This document shows, piece by piece, positions 10,577 to 19,884 of a stretch of 64,000 nt of DNA. The stretch spans positions 4,096,001 through 4,160,000 of the forward strand of contig OY781964.1 in assembly GCA_963677485.1 (NCBI GenBank). Direction: 5' to 3'. Each line of letters begins with the position of its first letter. Positions within the stretch are counted from its first letter, which is position 1. A program made the translations under genes and the position numbers. This DNA is from Armatimonadota bacterium. Its GTDB lineage: Bacteria; Armatimonadota; HRBIN16. The notes beneath the pieces were generated by a model that made no database searches, was not told the origin of the DNA, and saw nothing but the letters and a program-made list of their open reading frames with translations.

Positions 10577-12583
10577 ATGGTAACTATGAACCTGCTGCGT
10601 ACACGCCTTACACAACGCACTCTCGTGCTTATTTTGACCGCATGGTTTATGCCATTCGCCCACGCGCAGCAACCCAAACTCACGGTGTCAATCGCTGGTG
10701 TTGCATCATCAGTGTCGCAAAACGATGTGATTTCAGGGACTGTCACCATCAAGCTGTCGGGATACAAGAATGGAGTGACTCTTTACGTATCTTCTGCCAT
10801 CGGGAAGGACAGTGTCATGGTCACGAAGGGTAATGCAGAGAGCCTTACTTGCCGGAAAAACGGCGTATATACACTAAGCCTCGCTCGGGATCTTACCACA
10901 TATGCCAGGGTTGATGAAGGAGAGTATGCAATTATAGTCGATGTTGGAACTATAGTTGGCAAACCGGTGCTGTCGACCTATGCACAGCGGAAGTTCATGG
11001 TGAAGCCATCCAACGATACTTTCGTCATCATTGGAGAATCCATCACGGTTGAAGATGTGAACTTGAGGGATTCTACCGAAAATCGCAAGATGGCGACTGT
11101 CAAGTATACCGTGCGTAACACAAAGTCAAAACCGAGCAGTTTAAAGGCAACAGTCACAGAGCGGATGAGTGTGTTTGGCCCTGAAGATAGACAGTTCAAG
11201 CCAGAGGCACGTCCGATGGTGATACCGGCTAAGTCGAGTATTACGACATCAAGCAAGTATAATGTTGGCTTTACAAAACCCGGATCGTATATGCTGCGGA
11301 TAAGGCTGGAATGTGCAGATTCCAAACCTATACAGCTCGAACAGCGTATTGTTGTGGGGCATGACGAGTCTAATCAGGTATCTGAGTTGAAACTCATCAG
11401 TGCTTCCACAGATGCCACTTCAGTGGATATCAGAAAACCCATCCGGCTTAAGGTGAAATATGCACTGACGAATATACGGTCGGGCTTGTGGCCTAGGGTA
11501 ACTGAGAATGTGGTGATCTCTGGCCCAGAGAACCTGTCTGGTTCGGTGATGCGTTATACAGATGACAAGACAGATGAAGAGGAAGGCGTATACGAAGCGA
11601 AGCTCTCGAAACCAGGCAGCTATACGTGGAAGATCACATTGACTAGTAACTTCGCAGATTCGGACGCTCCAGTTGTCGCCACAGGAAGTTTCACGGTCAT
11701 TCGCAAGTCTGGCCCTGCCTCAAAGACGGTGTGGGTCAGCAGCGGTGGGGTCGATAGCGGTGAACGCAGTGCCCTGCAGATCAGCGCAGGGTTTGTGGTT
11801 TATAATGATGCCATAGGGCCGGAGCGAAAGATATACACCAACCGGATGTCGTGGACTGAACCACCCCTTTCTGTCAATGAAGGGGATATCCTTGAGTTCA
11901 GAACCTCATGTACCCAAAACGAGCATGCTTATCTGGCTGGCACGTATGCGATGTCTGGCTTCGGTGGCGAAGCCTACCAGAGCTTCATCAGCATGGTGAC
12001 CTGCACCAACCCTAAAGACGGGCGTGACAGTTACAACATGAGCCTGAAGTTCATACCAAAAGATACGCAGAAGCCGTATATCGAATGGTCTGTGGGTGAG
12101 AGCCCCTACACAAACTCATATCTGGTGCGGCGGTGGACATACGAAAAACGCGAAGTCAAACCGGAGGCGGGTGAGTTGCCAACCGGCACGCTGAAGGATG
12201 TGACCCCGGTTACACCAGTAGGCCCGAAGACCAAGAGTGAGAAAAGTGGTGATGACCAGAAGAATGGCACCCTTCAATCGGCGAAGGAACCTGACACCGC
12301 TACCGAAGCTTCGGAGCACAATCTTTACAATACCATCTTACCGGGAGCAGTCGTGGCAATGAAGGAGGGTCAATGGATCATCAGCTCCTTCGATGACCCG
12401 TTCATGGCTGCCGATTTCGGAATTGCGATCGGTGATGAGATCGTGCGAATCAATGGTAAGCCAGTGCATGGGATTTCTGATTCGCAAATGGAGGCGATGA
12501 CAAAAACAGAACCAGGACAAAGTATCCGTATCGAGTTCAAGCATCCAAACGGGCAAATCGTGTCCGTTGTGATGGTTCGTTAG
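10577..12583 (+). CDS. Secreted beta-rich protein with C-terminal PDZ domain
   Basis: RBS AAGGAGG before ATG 10577; signal peptide ending AHA; C-terminal AADFGIAIGDEIVRING is PDZ-like. Confidence 0.6.
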   Translation: MVTMNLLRTRLTQRTLVLILTAWFMPFAHAQQPKLTVSIAGVASSVSQNDVISGTVTIKLSGYKNGVTLYVSSAIGKDSVMVTKGNAESLTCRKNGVYTLSLARDLTTYARVDEGEYAIIVDVGTIVGKPVLSTYAQRKFMVKPSNDTFVIIGESITVEDVNLRDSTENRKMATVKYTVRNTKSKPSSLKATVTERMSVFGPEDRQFKPEARPMVIPAKSSITTSSKYNVGFTKPGSYMLRIRLECADSKPIQLEQRIVVGHDESNQVSELKLISASTDATSVDIRKPIRLKVKYALTNIRSGLWPRVTENVVISGPENLSGSVMRYTDDKTDEEEGVYEAKLSKPGSYTWKITLTSNFADSDAPVVATGSFTVIRKSGPASKTVWVSSGGVDSGERSALQISAGFVVYNDAIGPERKIYTNRMSWTEPPLSVNEGDILEFRTSCTQNEHAYLAGTYAMSGFGGEAYQSFISMVTCTNPKDGRDSYNMSLKFIPKDTQKPYIEWSVGESPYTNSYLVRRWTYEKREVKPEAGELPTGTLKDVTPVTPVGPKTKSEKSGDDQKNGTLQSAKEPDTATEASEHNLYNTILPGAVVAMKEGQWIISSFDDPFMAADFGIAIGDEIVRINGKPVHGISDSQMEAMTKTEPGQSIRIEFKHPNGQIVSVVMVR

Positions 12584-12642
12584 GCCGTTACGGCTCATCG
12601 GCTCGGTATTTCAAAGCCTTCGGCATAAGGTGCGGATCCAAC

Positions 12643-13959
12643 CTACACCGTCTTAAGCACAAAATGGACGACGAACATCGCCGCGGCAAAGTATGTCAGC
12701 GGATGCACTTTCTTGTAGCTGCCCCGCGCCAGACAGATCACCACATAGCTGATCATGCCGAGGCCGATGCCGTCGGCGATACTGTAAGTAAATGGCATCC
12801 CAATGATGGTGATGAAGGCAGGGAAGCCCTCCTCCACGTGTTCGATGTCGATATCTTTCACGATGCCCATCATGAGGAAACCCACCACAATCAACGCCGG
12901 TGCCACAGCCGCAGAGGGAACCACCCCCACAATCGGTGCGAAGAAGGCTGCAAGCACGAACAGCAATGCAACCACCACACTCGTCAGACCTGTCCGGCCA
13001 CCCTCCGCCACACCCGAGGCGCTTTCCACATAGGTGGTGTTGCTGGAGCAGCAGAACAGACCGCCCAAAATGGCACCTATCGAGTCGGCCAGCAGCACAT
13101 TCCGCAGACCAGGCAGTCGGCCCTCTTTATCCACAAATCCGGCCTGCTCTCCCACTGAGACCACCGTTCCCATGGTGTCAAAGAAGTCGCTTACCAAAAG
13201 GGCGAAGATGAGGCTTGCGAACGTAAGGCTGAAAGCCGCTTTGATATCGGCTTTGAAGAAGGTGCTGAATGTGTCGTGGCTAAAGCTAGTAAATACCTGT
13301 GACGGTGCGTGCGTAACTGTGGAGTTGCCCATATGGATGAAAAACCCCGCGAAGGTCGCAGCCAAGATACCAATGAGGATGGAGCCCTTCACCTTCCGTG
13401 ATAGTAGCGCGATGGTCACCAGTAGCCCGATCAATGCCACGATCACGGTGGGGTCATTCACCTTACCCATGGTGACAAAAGTCGCTGGGTCGGCCACAAT
13501 GAGTCCGCCGTCTTTGAGGCCGATCAAGGCGATGAACAGACCGATCCCGGCACCGATCGCTCGCTTCAGGTTCAGCGGGATGGAGTCCATCAGCGCTTCC
13601 CGCAATTTTGTCAATACGAGTATCGCAATGATGATGCCTTCAATCACCACCATGCCCATCGCGGTTTGCCAGGGCAGCTTCATGCCGCTCACGACCGTGA
13701 ACGCCACAAACGCATTGATGCCCATACCGGCTGCCATGGCAAACGGGTAGTTGGTCATCAAACCCATCACCAGGGTGCAGATGGCCGCGGCGATGCAGGT
13801 CATGACCATGGTGGCTTCAAAGGGCATCCCTGCCGCTTTGAGAATAGTTGGGTTGACAAAGACGATGTAGGCCATCGTGAGGAATGTGGTGATTCCCGCG
13901 ATGACTTCGGTCCTGATGTCCGTCTTATTTTCGTTCAAGTGGAAGAGACGGTTTAACAC
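12643..13959 (-). CDS. NCS2/AzgA-family purine (guanine/hypoxanthine) permease
   Basis: TEVIAGITTFLTMAYI, GMGINAF, DFFDTMGT, YVESASGVAEGGRTGLT, PFTYSIADGI. GTG start with RBS AGGAG. Confidence 0.92.
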   Translation of the reverse strand: MLNRLFHLNENKTDIRTEVIAGITTFLTMAYIVFVNPTILKAAGMPFEATMVMTCIAAAICTLVMGLMTNYPFAMAAGMGINAFVAFTVVSGMKLPWQTAMGMVVIEGIIIAILVLTKLREALMDSIPLNLKRAIGAGIGLFIALIGLKDGGLIVADPATFVTMGKVNDPTVIVALIGLLVTIALLSRKVKGSILIGILAATFAGFFIHMGNSTVTHAPSQVFTSFSHDTFSTFFKADIKAAFSLTFASLIFALLVSDFFDTMGTVVSVGEQAGFVDKEGRLPGLRNVLLADSIGAILGGLFCCSSNTTYVESASGVAEGGRTGLTSVVVALLFVLAAFFAPIVGVVPSAAVAPALIVVGFLMMGIVKDIDIEHVEEGFPAFITIIGMPFTYSIADGIGLGMISYVVICLARGSYKKVHPLTYFAAAMFVVHFVLKTV

Positions 13960-14159
13960 AGATGGTTGACTCCTGTAGTGTGTGATGCGGTACGCACCAT
14001 ATATCATGATACTGAATCAGGAACGGCGTGAAAACAAACGGAGTGTGAAGCATAATGATGATGACGGTCATATTGGCGGCCATGATATCTGCCGCGACAT
14101 AAATGTCTCGGCTATTGATCAGCAAGCCCGTTGAAACGCTGATAACAGCATCATAGACT

Positions 14160-14381
14160 GCTATCCGCCCTTATTGCAGCCCAGTGTTGCCTATGTCCGG
14201 GGCGGTCTGTGCGTAGGCTAACGGCTGCAGAAGGCTCTAGACCGCGCCGGTCTTGTTCCTGACACAAATCTTTCATGGCTATCCGCCAGACCGGCGCGGT
14301 CTAGAGCCTTCTGCAGCCGTTAGCCTACGCACAGACCGCCCCGGACATAGGCAACACTGGGCTGCAATAAGGGCGGATAGC
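14160..14381. repeat. Long palindromic element, copy 1 (94-bp perfect arms, 34-bp spacer)
   Basis: 14160-14253 is the exact reverse complement of 14288-14381; related copies at 47224 and 51916. Confidence 0.9.
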
Positions 14382-14470
14382 CATTCGCATATCGATCTGT
14401 GTCCTCAGCGTGACGCATCAGTTACAGTCCGGGCTGCCGTGCCAGCATGGGAAGATGCTTGTATGTGGCA

Positions 14471-14557
14471 GGTCGTAGGGGCGTCCCTTGTGGGCGCCCT
14501 AAAAGAATTATGGTATGAACAACGATTAGGGCGCCCACAAGGGACGCCCCTACGACC
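14471..14557. repeat. GTAG-type REP doublet (REPIN-like)
   Basis: GGTCGTAGGGGCGTCCCTTGTGGGCGCCCTAA and its exact 32-bp inverse, separated by 23 bp; each arm is GTAG followed by an imperfect hairpin. Confidence 0.85.
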
Positions 14558-14696
14558 GGATCCGGCATAGCCTGGGCTGCCGTGCCTTTACGGGCGGGTG
14601 CTTGTTGTTCAATAGCCCAGACATTTATGTCGCGGCATCGAAGGCACACAATCTCGATGACTAATGTAGACCCATCGGTATGAATAAGGAGCACTC

Positions 14697-15629
14697 TTGA
14701 AACCTGAATTGAATATCATCATTGTGAACTGGAATACCGAAGCCCATCTGCGGCGTTGCCTGGAGAGCCTGAAGCCGCAACTGTGCGATGGCCGCGTGCA
14801 GGTGACGGTGGTGGACAACGCCAGCGCCGACGGCTCCGTGAAGATGGTGCAGTCGGATTTCCCGTGGGTGAAGCTCATCGCCAGCGAGACCAACCTGGGA
14901 TTCGGGCGGGCCAACAACCTGGCATTGAAGCAAGCCGACGGTGAGTTCGCGCTGCTGCTGAACAGCGACATCGTGGCCTATGAGGGCGCCATCGAGGCGA
15001 TGCTGGCCCAGATGAGTGCCAATCCGCGCTGCGGTGCCTTAGGCGGCCGACTGATCTTACCCAGCGGGCGAACGCAGAGCTCGGTAGGGGAGATGCTGAA
15101 CCTCTGGTGGCTGTTCTGCGAGCAGAGCCTGCTGGCGAAGGTTTTTCCGCGCACCAAACTGTTCGGCGGATATAACTACACCTGGTGGGACTATGAGTCG
15201 GAACGGCAGGTGAAGCAGGTGGTAGGCGCCTGTCTGATGATGCGGCGGATAACCGACGGGCAGTTCCCGCTATTCGATGACCGCTACTTCATGTATGCCG
15301 AGGACACCGAACTGTGCGACCGCATTGCGAAAGCCGGTTTTGAGCTGCATTACACTCCACTGGCGCGTTTCCGACATGAGCTGGGTGCCAGCAGTGAGCA
15401 ATCTGAGGTACGTACCAGCATGATCGCGCATTACAATATAAGCCGATTGCTTTTCTTTCAGGATCATGGCGGCCGCGGTGTGCGGTTACTGTGCCAGTGG
15501 ATACTGGTCGGTGGTGCTCTGCTGCGAATGCTGATAGCCTTCCCACGGGCGATACTACGCCCACGAACCTACCCCACCAACGCCGCGATGTGGCGCAATG
15601 TACTCGCCCGCACCATCAGAGGGCGGTGA
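14697..15629 (+). CDS. GT2 glycosyltransferase (WbbL-like rhamnosyltransferase type)
   Basis: IIVNWN, VVDNASADGS, NLGFGRANN, LLNSD, GACLM and FMYAEDTE motifs. Confidence 0.88.
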   Translation: MKPELNIIIVNWNTEAHLRRCLESLKPQLCDGRVQVTVVDNASADGSVKMVQSDFPWVKLIASETNLGFGRANNLALKQADGEFALLLNSDIVAYEGAIEAMLAQMSANPRCGALGGRLILPSGRTQSSVGEMLNLWWLFCEQSLLAKVFPRTKLFGGYNYTWWDYESERQVKQVVGACLMMRRITDGQFPLFDDRYFMYAEDTELCDRIAKAGFELHYTPLARFRHELGASSEQSEVRTSMIAHYNISRLLFFQDHGGRGVRLLCQWILVGGALLRMLIAFPRAILRPRTYPTNAAMWRNVLARTIRGR

Positions 15630-15657
15630 TTGCACCTGCCTCCCCACGGTCTTTGGT

Positions 15658-15711
15658 TTGACAAACAGCACACAGAGTCATACAATATGACTGGAATACA
15701 AATATAGTCAT
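15658..15711 (+). promoter_or_regulatory. sigma70 promoter with putative TetR operator
   Basis: TTGACA(15658)-17 nt-TACAAT(15681), followed by the inverted repeat ATGACT-N13-AGTCAT (15687-15711). Confidence 0.65.
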
Positions 15712-15730
15712 CAGTCAGAGGAGGCGGTCG

Positions 15731-16333
15731 TTGCAAAAGTCAGACTCGACTCACGATATCAAAGAACAGATATTGGCAGCGACTGGCCGTTTACTCCCGC
15801 GGTACGGTTATAAACGCATGACTGTGGACGACATCGCCAAAGAAGCTGGGATTGGCAAGGGCACTATCTACCTTCACTTCAACAGCAAGTCGGATGTGGC
15901 ACTGCAGTGGTTGGGTGATTTCAATGTGAAGCTCAGGGTTGAGTTGATGCAGGTCGCCGATCTGGACATACCACCGATTGACCGTATCAAGCAGATGCTT
16001 TACCTCCGCGTCATCCGTCGTTTCGATAGTTCCCTTCACTTTACCGAGAGTTTCGATGAACTGTTCGCCGCTATACGGCCGGCCTTACTGGGATCTCGTG
16101 TATGTAACCATAAAGCAGAATCCCTCCTGCTAGCAGAAGTGATTAAGGATGGTTGTGCAGCCGGTGTATTCAGATGCGATGATGTGGCTGATACGGCCTA
16201 CTGCATGGTGTTGGCTACCAACTCGCTGCTGCCCTACAGTCTCAGCGCTCAGCAGCTTGGTGAGCGCGAAGAGATCGAACGGTACGTGAGGCTGATATGT
16301 GATTTGGTGATTAATGGCATTGTGAGCCGATAG
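15731..16333 (+). CDS. TetR/AcrR family transcriptional regulator
   Basis: GYKRMTVDDIAKEAGIGKGTIYLHFNSK helix-turn-helix; RBS GGAGG. Confidence 0.93.
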   Translation: MQKSDSTHDIKEQILAATGRLLPRYGYKRMTVDDIAKEAGIGKGTIYLHFNSKSDVALQWLGDFNVKLRVELMQVADLDIPPIDRIKQMLYLRVIRRFDSSLHFTESFDELFAAIRPALLGSRVCNHKAESLLLAEVIKDGCAAGVFRCDDVADTAYCMVLATNSLLPYSLSAQQLGEREEIERYVRLICDLVINGIVSR

Positions 16334-16545
16334 GCTCCGTCTTGTCCCTGTTTTTCAGAATGAACCTGCACTTCATCTAGCAGCAATGCCGCTGACTATG
16401 TCGCAAAGTCGCACGGCAAGTGCTCAATCGAACTAGCTCAAACGAACTAGCTCACCAGAACGAAATACGGCATCAAAATTATTGGTGAGCTGCTAGACCG
16501 CAGTCACCAATAATCGATGCATTGAAGATGAGGTCAGTTTCATCC

Positions 16546-18135
16546 ATGTCGATTAATGGCACCGTGCGCCATATTCCGGAATACTCCGAATACACTAGCA
16601 CCATGCGTTGGCTCATACTGATAGCCTTGATGCTGGGCACGATGATGCAGGTGATCGACACCACCATCGTGAGCGTGGCGATCCCGCAGATGATGGGCAA
16701 CCTTGGTGTGACCGTCGATCAGATCGCTTGGGTGACCACGGGTTATATCATCTCCACCGTGATTGTGCTGCCGTTGACAGGTTGGTTGTCCTCGTTTTAT
16801 GGCCGCAAGAACTACCTCACCGCCTCAATCATCATATTTACCGTCTCCTCGTTTCTCTGCGGCATCTCCTGGGACCTCAACTCGCTGGTGTTCTTCCGCG
16901 TACTGCAGGGTCTGGGAGGCGCGGCACTTCTTTCCGTAGCGCAAGCCGTCATCATGGAGATATTCCCACCGGCGCAGGTAGGTATGGTGCAGGCGATTTA
17001 CGGTCTGGGTGTAATTGCCGGCCCTACCATCGGGCCAACCCTGGGCGGGTGGATTACGGACAACTATAACTGGCCCTGGATATTCTTCATCAATGTGCCC
17101 ATTGGTATCATCGCTGCCACCATGACATTTATGTTCATCCACAACTCGAAGCACCAGACACCATCCAGCCGTGTCGACTTTATAGGCATCGGGTTGATGG
17201 CCGTTGGCTTGGGCACCATGCAGACCATTCTGGAGAAGGGCCACCGAGAGGGCTGGTATGAATCGCCGCTCATCATTTGGATGACCATCATCTCGATTGC
17301 CACGCTGATTGCGTTTGTGGTCTGGGAACTCCGGATAGATCATCCGGCAGTCAACTTGCGGGTGCTAAAAAACCGCGGTCTGGCCGCTGGGTCGCTTTTT
17401 GGCGCGGTGCTTGGGTTTGGGCTGTTCGGAGGCACCTTTGTCATCCCCCTGTTTCTACAGGGAGTCAGGCATTACACCGCCCAGCAATCCGGATTCATGC
17501 TGTTACCAGGAGCGCTGGCCACCGCCTTTGTGATGCCCATAGTGGGCAGGCTTGTTTCCAAGGTGTCGTCGCGCTTGCTGGTGGCCCTGGGAGCGGTTGG
17601 GTTTGTGATCTCTATGTTTATGCTTCAGACCATGACCATGGACACCGGCCCGGATCAGATGTTCTGGCCTCTGGTCATCCGAGGCGCATCCATGGGGTTT
17701 CTATTTGTGCCTCTGACCATGGCCACACTGCTGGGTCTTCGAGGCCGTGATATCTCGGAGGGTTCCGGGTTGTTCAACCTGACGCGGCAGGTCGGCGGCA
17801 GCATGGGCATCGCCGTTCTATCAACTATGGTTGATCATCGCACCATTATGCATAGAGCGAACCTGGTGGAGTATGTCAGCTTGTTGAATCCGATCGCATT
17901 GGAGCGGTTGCGCGGAGTTCAGATGATGCTGATGTCCAAAGGTGCATCGCTGGAGGCCGCGCGTCTTGGTGCGTTGAAGATGATCGACGGTGCCGTCCAT
18001 GGTCAGGCCACCATCATGGCGTTTGAGGATGTGTTCCATTTCGTGGCTGTGTTCTTCCTGTGTGCGCTCCCGCTTCTGCTACTGTTCAACAAGGGAAAAG
18101 CATCCAGGCAGGCAGGCCCAGGGCCGATTGACTGA
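16546..18135 (+). CDS. DHA2 MFS efflux transporter (EmrB/QacA)
   Basis: MQVIDTTIVSVA, WVTTGY, GPTLGGWITDNYNWPWIFFINVP; about 14 transmembrane segments. Confidence 0.92.
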   Translation: MSINGTVRHIPEYSEYTSTMRWLILIALMLGTMMQVIDTTIVSVAIPQMMGNLGVTVDQIAWVTTGYIISTVIVLPLTGWLSSFYGRKNYLTASIIIFTVSSFLCGISWDLNSLVFFRVLQGLGGAALLSVAQAVIMEIFPPAQVGMVQAIYGLGVIAGPTIGPTLGGWITDNYNWPWIFFINVPIGIIAATMTFMFIHNSKHQTPSSRVDFIGIGLMAVGLGTMQTILEKGHREGWYESPLIIWMTIISIATLIAFVVWELRIDHPAVNLRVLKNRGLAAGSLFGAVLGFGLFGGTFVIPLFLQGVRHYTAQQSGFMLLPGALATAFVMPIVGRLVSKVSSRLLVALGAVGFVISMFMLQTMTMDTGPDQMFWPLVIRGASMGFLFVPLTMATLLGLRGRDISEGSGLFNLTRQVGGSMGIAVLSTMVDHRTIMHRANLVEYVSLLNPIALERLRGVQMMLMSKGASLEAARLGALKMIDGAVHGQATIMAFEDVFHFVAVFFLCALPLLLLFNKGKASRQAGPGPID

Positions 18136-18260
18136 TGGCATATTCCAGCCGATACTGGCAGAGCAACTTATAGATAACATCCGCCAGAAAAGATCGGATT
18201 TCACTGTATACATAACGCTAACCCGTCTAGGTGTATAAACCATACCTGAAGGAGATTTCC

Positions 18261-19856
18261 GTGAGCAACAAAGAGACTGCTGATACCAACGAAAGACGTA
18301 AGTCCAACACTTTGTCTGGCTACTTACGTGACAGAAGGGATTCTGGACCAAACGGAGCATTTGTCACCCTCGGTGTAGTGGTGCTCATCGCTGCCGTGGT
18401 TGCATTAGGATACCACTACTGGAAATATGCATCCACTCACGTGGGCACCGATGATGCGTATCTGACGGCTAACATCGTGCAGATAGCTCCACAGGTGAGC
18501 GGCACCGTGACGCAAGTCTACGTCGATGACAATGAACCCGTCAAGCGGGGACAGCTTATCGCCGTTCTCGATGACGCACCTTACCAGGCGGCCGTCAGAC
18601 AGGCCGAAGCAAACCTCAATGCGGCGCTGGCCGCTGTGGACAGCAGCAACATCAACGTTGCTCTGACCGGCGACACCGGCAATGCACAGATCAAACAGTC
18701 AGAGGCCAATGTCGCCCAGGTGGAGGGAGCCGTTGGTAGTTCGCTGGCGGATGTCCAGCGCATCAAGGCGCAGGTCGGACAGGCGAATGCGACGGCAGCG
18801 GGAGTAAAGGCGAACATTAACACCGCTGAGGCTGGTGTCCAAGCGGCGATCGCTATGAAGCAGCGCGCCGATGCTTCCATGGATTCGGCATCAGCCCAAG
18901 TGCTCACAGCGGAAGCCGGCGTCAGGTCTGCGCAGGCCTCACTGGAATCCGCCAAAGCGATCTGCGAGAAGGCGATCCGCGATAATGAGCGGTATCAAAA
19001 GCTTGTAGCCCGCAGCGTGATCGGCACACAAATGGCAGAACAGGCTGCTGTTGCGGAGCAGACCGCCAAGTCGCAGCTTCAAGCCGCACTTGAGCAGGTG
19101 AACTCCAGTAAGGCGGCTTTGAGTTCCAAAAAGGCCGAATTACGAGCCGCGAAGGAACAGGTGAACGCGGCACTAGCGACTGTTGATCAGCAGCGTTCGT
19201 TATACGCGGCTTCGAAGCAGCAGTACCTGGCGGCAGATGCGGGCGTGGCTCAAGCCAAAGCTCAGTTACAGTCATCTGTCATGTCTGTGACACAGTCTCA
19301 GGCCCGACACAAACAGTCGCTGGCCCAACTGGATCAGTCCAACACTGCACCCAAGCTACTGAAAATGAGTATGGCGACCGCTCATCAAGCGCAAGCCAAA
19401 GTGGACCAGTTGCGGGCAGCGCTGGTCGATGCGAAGCTGAAGCTGTCATATACTCGTATCCTGGCACCGGTAGATGGGCGCGTGAGCAAGAAAAGCATCA
19501 ATGAGGGCGTGCTGGTGCAACCTGGCACACCTTTGATGGCCATCATACCTCCACCATCCCAGAACATGTGGGTTGTGGCGAACCTGAAAGAAACCCAACT
19601 TGCACATGTCGCAGTGGGACAGCATGCGGTGATCACGGTAGACAGCTACCCAGGTATGTCGTTCAATGCCACAGTTGGCAGCATCTCTGCAGGCACTGGT
19701 GCGAGTTTCTCACTGCTTCCACCTGATAATGCGACAGGCAACTTCACCAAGGTCGTGCAGCGGGTACCTGTGAAACTCATCATGGATCCTGGTCAGAAAG
19801 ACATAGATCGATTACGCAACGGGATGTCTGTGGCTGTGAACATCACGTTAAAATAG
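18261..19856 (+). CDS. EmrA/HlyD-type membrane fusion protein with long coiled-coil
   Basis: TDDAYL...IAPQVSG, ILAPVDGRV, FSLLPPDNATGNFTKVVQRVPV. GTG start after AAGGAG. Confidence 0.9.
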   Translation: MSNKETADTNERRKSNTLSGYLRDRRDSGPNGAFVTLGVVVLIAAVVALGYHYWKYASTHVGTDDAYLTANIVQIAPQVSGTVTQVYVDDNEPVKRGQLIAVLDDAPYQAAVRQAEANLNAALAAVDSSNINVALTGDTGNAQIKQSEANVAQVEGAVGSSLADVQRIKAQVGQANATAAGVKANINTAEAGVQAAIAMKQRADASMDSASAQVLTAEAGVRSAQASLESAKAICEKAIRDNERYQKLVARSVIGTQMAEQAAVAEQTAKSQLQAALEQVNSSKAALSSKKAELRAAKEQVNAALATVDQQRSLYAASKQQYLAADAGVAQAKAQLQSSVMSVTQSQARHKQSLAQLDQSNTAPKLLKMSMATAHQAQAKVDQLRAALVDAKLKLSYTRILAPVDGRVSKKSINEGVLVQPGTPLMAIIPPPSQNMWVVANLKETQLAHVAVGQHAVITVDSYPGMSFNATVGSISAGTGASFSLLPPDNATGNFTKVVQRVPVKLIMDPGQKDIDRLRNGMSVAVNITLK

Positions 19857-19884
19857 CGGGATGTGTCGAGGAATATGGAGGTAT

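Noticed and set aside
13960-14150. Purine riboswitch upstream of the NCS2 permease
   Set aside because: The conserved TATAA...TGG...GTTTCTACC...CCGTAAA...GACTA core is not found.
14253-14570. ORFs MFLTQIFHGYPPDRRGLEPS (also 47225 and the N-terminal extension at 51982)
   Set aside because: They are translations of the palindromic repeat, with no RBS or protein-family signal.
16430-16455. Direct repeat CGAACTAGCTCA twice between tetR and emrB
   Set aside because: Only two short copies with no further support; kept as a possible operator but not called.
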